NCBI RefSeq assembly: GCF_000006765.1
Contig: NC_002516.2
Origin: Pseudomonas aeruginosa PAO1
Lineage (GTDB): Bacteria; Pseudomonadota; Gammaproteobacteria; Pseudomonadales; Pseudomonadaceae
Length of the DNA: 64,000 bases
Strand: one strand, 5' to 3'
The position numbers were made by a program, and so were the translations under genes. Positions 57,578 through 64,000 of this stretch are shown piece after piece; positions within the stretch are counted from its first letter, which is position 1, and each line of letters opens with the position of its first letter. The notes beneath the pieces were generated by a model, which searched no databases, was not told the origin of the DNA, and saw only the letters and a list, made by a program, of their open reading frames with translations.

Positions 57578-58350
57578 CAGTCGTCACTCCGCTTGTAGGA
57601 CAGGCCTCGGGCCACCTTCTGGGTTTCGGTCAGGATCCCGCGCAGGATATTCATTTCCAGCTTGCTGATCGCGCTGCGCCCATACAGGCGCCGCAACCGC
57701 GACATCAGGTGGCGCGGCTTCTCCGGATCGAGGAAGCCGATATCGATCAGCGTCCTCTCCAGATGCGCGTAATAGAGTTCCAGCTCGTCGGCCGTCACCA
57801 GCTCGGTGTTGAGCATCGAGGTGGACTCGAACTTTTCCATCTTGGTCGGCTTGCCCTGGGCCGCCAGCCACGCCATGCGCACCTCGTAGGTGAGCACCTG
57901 GACCGCGGCCGCCAGGTTCAGCGAGCCGAACTCGGGATCGGAGGGGATATGCACATGGAACTGGCAGCGCTGCAATTCTTCGTTGGTCAAACCCGCATAT
58001 TCGCGCCCGAATACCAGGGCCACCTCGCCATTCGCCTCCAGGTGCTCCAGGCAGGTCGTCGCGCACTCGCGCGGATCCAGCAGCGGCCAGGGAATCCGCC
58101 GGTCGCGGGCGCTGGTGCCGAGCACCACGCTGCAGCCGATCAGGGCCTCTTCCAGGGTGTCCACCACCCTTGCGGCGTCGAGGATGTCGGTGGCGCCGGA
58201 AGCCCGCGCCACCGCGTCGCCGTGGGGAAAGCTTTCCGGCTGCACCAGCACCAGTTGCGACAGGCCCATGTTCTTCATGGCACGGGCCGCCCCGCCGATG
58301 TTGCCGGGATGACTGGTGTTGACCAACACCACACGAATACGGTCGAGCAA
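57577..58350 (-). CDS. trmJ: tRNA (C32/U32)-2'-O-methyltransferase
   Basis: TTG start; [21 protein letters not shown] and SLNLAAAV. Confidence 0.94.
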   Translation of the reverse strand: MLDRIRVVLVNTSHPGNIGGAARAMKNMGLSQLVLVQPESFPHGDAVARASGATDILDAARVVDTLEEALIGCSVVLGTSARDRRIPWPLLDPRECATTCLEHLEANGEVALVFGREYAGLTNEELQRCQFHVHIPSDPEFGSLNLAAAVQVLTYEVRMAWLAAQGKPTKMEKFESTSMLNTELVTADELELYYAHLERTLIDIGFLDPEKPRHLMSRLRRLYGRSAISKLEMNILRGILTETQKVARGLSYKRSDD

Positions 58351-58501
58351 CGCCGATGCTCTCCAACGCCAAGTTACTGAAGGGTGTGAAATCCTACAGC
58401 AGAGGTCAGCTTTATACCATGCGGCCGACAGGTCGCCCTTCAAACGCCATCGGTTTCTGCTAGAATGGCCGGCTTTCTTTAACGACCCAGGTGACCTCTC
58501 C

Positions 58502-59317
58502 ATGCAGCCTATGCTGAATATCGCCCTGCGCGCCGCTCGCAGCGCCGGTGAACTGATTTTCCGCTCCATCGAACGCCTGGATGTCATCTCGGTCAACGAG
58601 AAGGATGCCAAGGACTACGTCACCGAAGTCGATCGCGCCGCCGAGCAGACCATCGTCGCCGCGCTGCGCAAGGCCTATCCGACTCACGCGATCATGGGCG
58701 AGGAAGGCGGCTTCATCGAAGGCAGCGGCGAGGGCGCCGATTACCTCTGGGTGATCGATCCGCTGGACGGCACCACCAACTTCATCCATGGCGTACCGCA
58801 CTTCGCCGTGAGCATCGCCTGCAAGTACAAGGGCCGCCTGGAGCACGCCGTGGTCCTCGACCCGGTACGCCAGGAAGAATTCACCGCCAGCCGCGGTCGC
58901 GGCGCCGCCCTCAACGGTCGCCGCCTGCGCGTCAGCGGCCGCAAGAGCCTGGAAGGCGCCCTGCTCGGCACCGGGTTCCCGTTCCGCGACAACCAGATCG
59001 ACAATCTCGACAACTACCTGAACATGTTCCGCAGCCTGGTCGGCCAGACCGCCGGCATCCGCCGCGCCGGCGCCGCCAGCCTGGACCTGGCCTACGTCGC
59101 CGCCGGACGCTACGACGCCTTCTGGGAATTCGGCCTGTCCGAATGGGACATGGCGGCAGGCGCCCTGCTGGTACAGGAAGCCGGCGGCCTGGTGAGCGAC
59201 TTCACCGGCAGCCACGAATTCCTCGAGAAGGGTCACATCGTCGCCGGCAACACCAAATGCTTCAAGGCACTGCTGACCACCATCCAGCCGCACCTGCCGC
59301 CGTCGCTGAAGCGCTGA
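58502..59317 (+). CDS. suhB: Inositol monophosphatase / Nus factor SuhB
   Basis: WVIDPLDGTTNF and WDMAAG. Confidence 0.96.
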   Translation: MQPMLNIALRAARSAGELIFRSIERLDVISVNEKDAKDYVTEVDRAAEQTIVAALRKAYPTHAIMGEEGGFIEGSGEGADYLWVIDPLDGTTNFIHGVPHFAVSIACKYKGRLEHAVVLDPVRQEEFTASRGRGAALNGRRLRVSGRKSLEGALLGTGFPFRDNQIDNLDNYLNMFRSLVGQTAGIRRAGAASLDLAYVAAGRYDAFWEFGLSEWDMAAGALLVQEAGGLVSDFTGSHEFLEKGHIVAGNTKCFKALLTTIQPHLPPSLKR

Positions 59318-59333
59318 TCCGCCGCTGACGAAG

Positions 59334-59357
59334 AACCCGGCCTGGCGCCGGGTTTTT
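59334..59357 (+). terminator. Terminator after suhB
   Basis: AACCCGGC/GCCGGGTT stem followed by a T run. Confidence 0.8.
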
Positions 59358-59370
59358 CATCTCCATGAAA

Positions 59371-59404
59371 ATGCACAAGGGCGCCCGCGGGCGCCCTTGT
59401 GCAT
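59371..59404. terminator. Perfect 34-bp palindrome; probable terminator for the glycine-zipper gene
   Basis: ATGCACAAGGGCGCCCG|CGGGCGCCCTTGTGCAT, followed by TTT on the minus strand. Confidence 0.7.
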
Positions 59405-59421
59405 CATTGCGACAGTCAGGC

Positions 59422-59970
59422 TCAGCGCAGCGTTTCGCCCTGGCTGAGGATCAGCCGGCCATTCTTGTCGACCGGGATCTGGCTGCCCGGATCGCGCTCC
59501 ATGCGGATCTGCCCGGCCTTGCCGTCGAGCATGTACTTCACGTCATAGCCGACGACCTTCTCGCTGCTGTCGTGCACGGTGCTGCAGCGGGTTTCGGTGG
59601 TGGTGTAGGTGTCACGCTCCTGCATGCCTTCCTGCACCTTGTTGCCGGCGTAGCCGCCGCCGACGGCGCCGGCCACGGTGGCGATCTTCTTGCCGGTACC
59701 GCCGCCGATCTGGTTGCCCAGCAAGCCGCCGACCACCGCACCGATGGCGGTACCGGCGATCTGGTGCTGGTCCTTGACCGGACGCTGGCGTGTCACGGCC
59801 ACGTCCTTGCAGACCTGGCGCGGCGTCTTGATGGTTTCCTTGACCGGCTGGACAGCGACGACCTCGGCGTAGTCGGGACCGCGATCCACCAGGCTATAGG
59901 TGGCTACCGCGCCACCTGCGGTCACGCCTACGGCACCCAGAACGGCCCCGACGAGCATCGACTTGTTCAC
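59422..59970 (-). CDS. Glycine-zipper 2TM protein (YcfJ-like)
   Basis: GTAIGAVVGGLLGNQIGGGTGKKIATVAGAVGGGYAG; GTG start after AGGAGG. Confidence 0.88.
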   Translation of the reverse strand: MNKSMLVGAVLGAVGVTAGGAVATYSLVDRGPDYAEVVAVQPVKETIKTPRQVCKDVAVTRQRPVKDQHQIAGTAIGAVVGGLLGNQIGGGTGKKIATVAGAVGGGYAGNKVQEGMQERDTYTTTETRCSTVHDSSEKVVGYDVKYMLDGKAGQIRMERDPGSQIPVDKNGRLILSQGETLR

Positions 59971-60023
59971 ATGTACCTCCTGGCTTTCATCCAATGCGGG
60001 CTATGTTCGCCCTTTGCCTTGCC

Positions 60024-60050
60024 TAGGACTGGGCAAAAACCACCAAGTTC
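60024..60050 (-). promoter_or_regulatory. AlgU (sigmaE-type) promoter
   Basis: Minus strand GAACTT-16 nt-TCCTA upstream of the glycine-zipper gene. Confidence 0.7.
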
Positions 60051-60086
60051 CAGGCTCCCGACAAACGTTTCGTTGGCGCAGATACG

Positions 60087-60110
60087 AAAACTCCCGCCAA
60101 AAGCGGGAGT
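60087..60110 (-). terminator. Terminator after secF
   Basis: ACTCCCGC/GCGGGAGT stem followed by TTT on the minus strand. Confidence 0.7.
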
Positions 60111-60153
60111 CCTCGAGTGACCGGCAGGCGCCGGAGTGCCGAACCAGAGCGCC

Positions 60154-61074
60154 TCAGGGGCGATCGTCGACGGTGTCCTTGGCCTGCGGCGGGATCAGGT
60201 CCTCGCTGGTCAGGTTCAGCCAGATCAATACCACGTTGGCGATGTAGATCGACGAGTAGGTACCCGCCATTACACCGACGAACAGGGCGATGGAGAAACC
60301 GAACAGATTGTCGCCGCCGAAGAACAGCAGCGCGGCGATAGCCAGCAGCGTGGAAACCGAGGTGGCGATGGTACGCAACAGGGTCTGGCTGGTGGAGATG
60401 TTCAGGTTCTCGACCAGATCGGCCTTGCGCAGCACGCGGAAGTTCTCGCGCACCCGGTCGAAGATCACGATGGTGTCGTTCAGCGAGTAACCGACCACCG
60501 CCAGCACAGCGGCGAGGACGGTCAGGTCGAAGGTCACCTGGAAGAACGACAGCACGCCCATCACGATGATCGCATCGTGCACCAGCGAGAGGATCGCACC
60601 GAGGGCGAACTTCCACTGGAAGCGGAAGCCGACGTACAGCAGGATGCCGCCCAGCGCCAGGAGCATGCCGAGGCCGCCCTGGTCGCGCAGTTCTTCACCC
60701 ACCTGCGGGCCGACGTACTCGACCCGCTTCAGGTTCGCCGGGTTGCCGGCATCGGCCTGCTGCAAGGCGGTAGCGACCTTCTTGCCCAGTTCCGGGTCCT
60801 CGCTGGGCATCCGCACCAGCACGTCGCGGGCGTCGCCGAAGCTCTGCACCACGGCGTCCTCATAGCCGGCGCCGACCAGTTGACCACGCACCTTGCCGAG
60901 ATCGGCCGGTTGTTCGTAGGTCAGCTCGATCAGCGTACCGCCGGTGAAGTCGAGGCCGAAGTTGATGCCCTTGGTGAACCAGCTGCCCAGGGCGATGACG
61001 GTCAGGATCAGGGTGACGGCAAACGCGACGTTGCGGATGCCCATGAAGTTGATGGTACCGATCTTGATATTCAT
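60154..61074 (-). CDS. secF: Protein translocase subunit SecF
   Basis: GLDFTGG and GYSLNDTIVIFDRVREN. Confidence 0.97.
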   Translation of the reverse strand: MNIKIGTINFMGIRNVAFAVTLILTVIALGSWFTKGINFGLDFTGGTLIELTYEQPADLGKVRGQLVGAGYEDAVVQSFGDARDVLVRMPSEDPELGKKVATALQQADAGNPANLKRVEYVGPQVGEELRDQGGLGMLLALGGILLYVGFRFQWKFALGAILSLVHDAIIVMGVLSFFQVTFDLTVLAAVLAVVGYSLNDTIVIFDRVRENFRVLRKADLVENLNISTSQTLLRTIATSVSTLLAIAALLFFGGDNLFGFSIALFVGVMAGTYSSIYIANVVLIWLNLTSEDLIPPQAKDTVDDRP

Positions 61075-61084
61075 CTCAGTCCCC

Positions 61085-62947
61085 TTAGATCCACAGCTTC
61101 TTGAAGTCACGCCCGCCGAAGATCAGGTTGACCATTGCGCGGGTGACCATGATGGCCGTGAACATCGAGGTGATGATGCCGAGCGACATGGTCACGGCAA
61201 ATCCTTTCACCGGGCCGGTGCCCATGGCGTAGAGGATGCCGCCGACCAGCAGCGAGGTCAGGTTGGCGTCGAGGATCGCGGTGAAGGCACGGTTGAAGCC
61301 TTCGTGGATCGCCCTCTGGACCGACATGCCATTGGCCAGTTCCTCGCGTATCCGCGAGAAGATCAGCACGTTGGCGTCCACCGCCATGCCCATGGTCAGC
61401 ACGATACCGGCGATGCCCGGCAGGGTCAGGGTCGCGCCGAGGATCGACATCAGCGCCACCAGCATGACCATGTTGAAGGCCAGCGCAACGGTGGCGATCA
61501 CGCCGAAGAAACGGTAGATGACGATGATGAACAGCGATACGAAGAGCATGCCCCAGAGCGACGCATCGATACCCTTGGCGATGTTGTCCGCCCCCAGGCT
61601 CGGGCCGATGGTGCGTTCTTCGGCGAAGTACATCGGCGCAGCCAGGCCGCCGGCACGCAGCAGCAGGGCCAGCTCGGAGGACTCGCCCGGGCCATCGAGG
61701 CCGGTGATACGGAACTGGTTGCCCAGCGGCGACTGGATGGTCGCCAGGCTGATGATCTGCTTCTCTTCCTTGAACGCCGGAACCGCGACCTCCTTCTCGA
61801 CGCCATCGACCATCTGCTTGGTGTAGCGGGTCACCGGCTTCTGCTCGATGAACACCACCGCCATGCTGCGGCCGACGTTGTTGCGGGTGGCGCGGTTCAT
61901 CAGCTCGCCGCCATGGCCATCCAGGCGGATGTTCACCTGCGGGCGGCCGTTCTCGTCGAAACTGGCGCTGGCGTCGGTGACCTGGTCGCCGGTGATGATC
62001 ACCCCGCGCTCCAGCGGCACCGGCGGCCGGCGCGGCTCGCGGAACTCGAAGGTCTCGGTGGCGGACTTCAGGGCGTCCGGCTCGGCGGCCAGGCGGAATT
62101 CTAGGTTGGCGGTCTTGCCGAGGATCCGCTTGGCTTCCGCGGTGTCCTGCACGCCCGGCAGCTCGACCACGATGCGATTGGCGCCCTGGCGCTGCACCAG
62201 CGGCTCGGATACGCCCAGCTCGTTGACCCGGTTGCGGACGGTGGTGAGGTTCTGCTTGATGGAGTATTCGCGGATTTCCGCCAGTTTGGCCTGGGTCAGG
62301 GCGACGCGCAGGACCTGCAGGCCGTTGCGCTCTTCGGGCACGACCTCGAAATCGCGGAAGTCCTTGGCGATCAGGCTGCGCGCCTTGTCCAGGGATTCGC
62401 TGTCGGTGAAACCGAGCTGGATCGCGCGATCCTGGATCGGCAGGCTGCGGTAGCGCACGCGCTCCTTGCGCAGCAGGCTCTTCACTTCGCTTTCATAGAC
62501 CTTCAGGCGGGCATCGACCGCCTTGTCCATGTCCACTTCCAGCAGGAAGTGCACACCGCCGGACAGATCCAGGCCGAGCTTCATCGGGCTGCCGCCCAGC
62601 TTGCGCAGCCACTCGGGAGTGGTCTGGGCCAGGTTCAGCGCCACCACGTAGTCGTCGCCCAGGGTCCGGCGCACCACTTCCTTGGCGGGAAGCTGGTCGT
62701 CCTGCTTGACCAGGCGGATCAGGCCGCCCTTCTTCGACAGGCTGTCGGCCTTCACCGCGATACCGGCGTCGGTCAGCGCCTTGGCAGCGCGGTCGACATC
62801 GGCCTGGGTGACCTGCAGCGCCGTGCTGGCGCCGCTGATCTGCACCGCCGGGTCGTCCGGGTAGAGGTTGGGTGCGGAATAGATGAACCCGACGGCGAGG
62901 ACCGCCAGGATCAGCAGATATTTCCACAGAGGATACTTGTTGAGCAT
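61085..62947 (-). CDS. secD: Protein translocase subunit SecD
   Basis: LGLDLSGG and AVDANVLIFSRIREE. Confidence 0.97.
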   Translation of the reverse strand: MLNKYPLWKYLLILAVLAVGFIYSAPNLYPDDPAVQISGASTALQVTQADVDRAAKALTDAGIAVKADSLSKKGGLIRLVKQDDQLPAKEVVRRTLGDDYVVALNLAQTTPEWLRKLGGSPMKLGLDLSGGVHFLLEVDMDKAVDARLKVYESEVKSLLRKERVRYRSLPIQDRAIQLGFTDSESLDKARSLIAKDFRDFEVVPEERNGLQVLRVALTQAKLAEIREYSIKQNLTTVRNRVNELGVSEPLVQRQGANRIVVELPGVQDTAEAKRILGKTANLEFRLAAEPDALKSATETFEFREPRRPPVPLERGVIITGDQVTDASASFDENGRPQVNIRLDGHGGELMNRATRNNVGRSMAVVFIEQKPVTRYTKQMVDGVEKEVAVPAFKEEKQIISLATIQSPLGNQFRITGLDGPGESSELALLLRAGGLAAPMYFAEERTIGPSLGADNIAKGIDASLWGMLFVSLFIIVIYRFFGVIATVALAFNMVMLVALMSILGATLTLPGIAGIVLTMGMAVDANVLIFSRIREELANGMSVQRAIHEGFNRAFTAILDANLTSLLVGGILYAMGTGPVKGFAVTMSLGIITSMFTAIMVTRAMVNLIFGGRDFKKLWI

Positions 62948-62960
62948 GACACCGCCCGTT

Positions 62961-62991
62961 ATGACGCGGGGCGCCTTGCGCGCCCCGTCAT
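62961..62991. other. Hairpin between yajC and secD
   Basis: ATGAC..GGGGCGC / GCGCCCC..GTCAT interrupted stem. Confidence 0.5.
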
Positions 62992-63006
62992 GTGTTTAGG
63001 TGAAAA

Positions 63007-63345
63007 TCAGATCGCTTTCAGGGTGCCTTTCGGCAGGGTCGCGGCAATCGCGGCCTTCTGGAACTTCAGCTCGACGTTGTCGGAAACCTCGACGACGACG
63101 AAATCGTCGGCGACCTTGGTCACCTTGCCGGCGATACCGCCGGAAGTGACGACTTCGTCACCTTTTTGCAGGTTGCCCAGCAGGTTCTTGTGTTCCTTGG
63201 CGCGCTTGGCCTGGGGACGCCAGATCATCAGGTAGAAGATGACCAGGAAACCAACCAGGAAGACCCACTCGAAACCGGTGCCGGCCGGGCCAGCGGCTGC
63301 CGGAGCGGCTGCGTCGGCGTAGGCAGCGGGAATTAGAAAGCTCAT
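63007..63345 (-). CDS. yajC: Preprotein translocase subunit YajC
   Basis: IFYLMIWRPQAKR and KGDEVVTSGGI. Confidence 0.96.
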   Translation of the reverse strand: MSFLIPAAYADAAAPAAAGPAGTGFEWVFLVGFLVIFYLMIWRPQAKRAKEHKNLLGNLQKGDEVVTSGGIAGKVTKVADDFVVVEVSDNVELKFQKAAIAATLPKGTLKAI

Positions 63346-63388
63346 GTAGCACTCCTGTCACAAAGCAATAGAGTTGGATAAAGGAAAG

Positions 63389-64000
<612 letters not shown>

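Overview
High-GC window that looks like core chromosome of Pseudomonas aeruginosa, matching the purL-to-tgt gene order; this assignment comes from recognising the proteins, not from a database search. It holds about 61 intact CDS. Housekeeping genes: purL (partial), mltF, tadA, a multicopper oxidase, guaBA, xseA, leuA, the ndk-rlmN-pilF-rodZ-ispG-hisS-yfgM-bamB-der block, the trmJ-cysE-iscRSUA-hscBA-fdx-iscX block, suhB, and tgt (partial)-yajC-secDF. Several small metabolic and regulatory modules lie between guaB and leuA. I saw no tRNA, rRNA, CRISPR array, IS element, prophage or low-GC island. The best candidate for an undescribed system is a two-operon copper-acquisition module at about 27.1-34.5 kb. 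Each operon starts with a DUF2946-type membrane leader ORF ending in a RAPP or RAPP-like (RASP) putative ribosome-arrest motif. One operon encodes OprC and a PepSY_TM protein. The other encodes a PCu(A)C chaperone and an orphan homolog of the methanobactin protein MbnC, with no MbnB or MbnA in the window. Other leads: an unannotated Leu-rich leader peptide before leuA; a repeated TATCCGGATA palindrome around a DUF2239 gene; a TRAP transporter paired with a VanX-like dipeptidase; and an outer-membrane channel + MFS + HDAC-like deacetylase operon. Start codons were re-picked by hand where the ORF track runs too far upstream.
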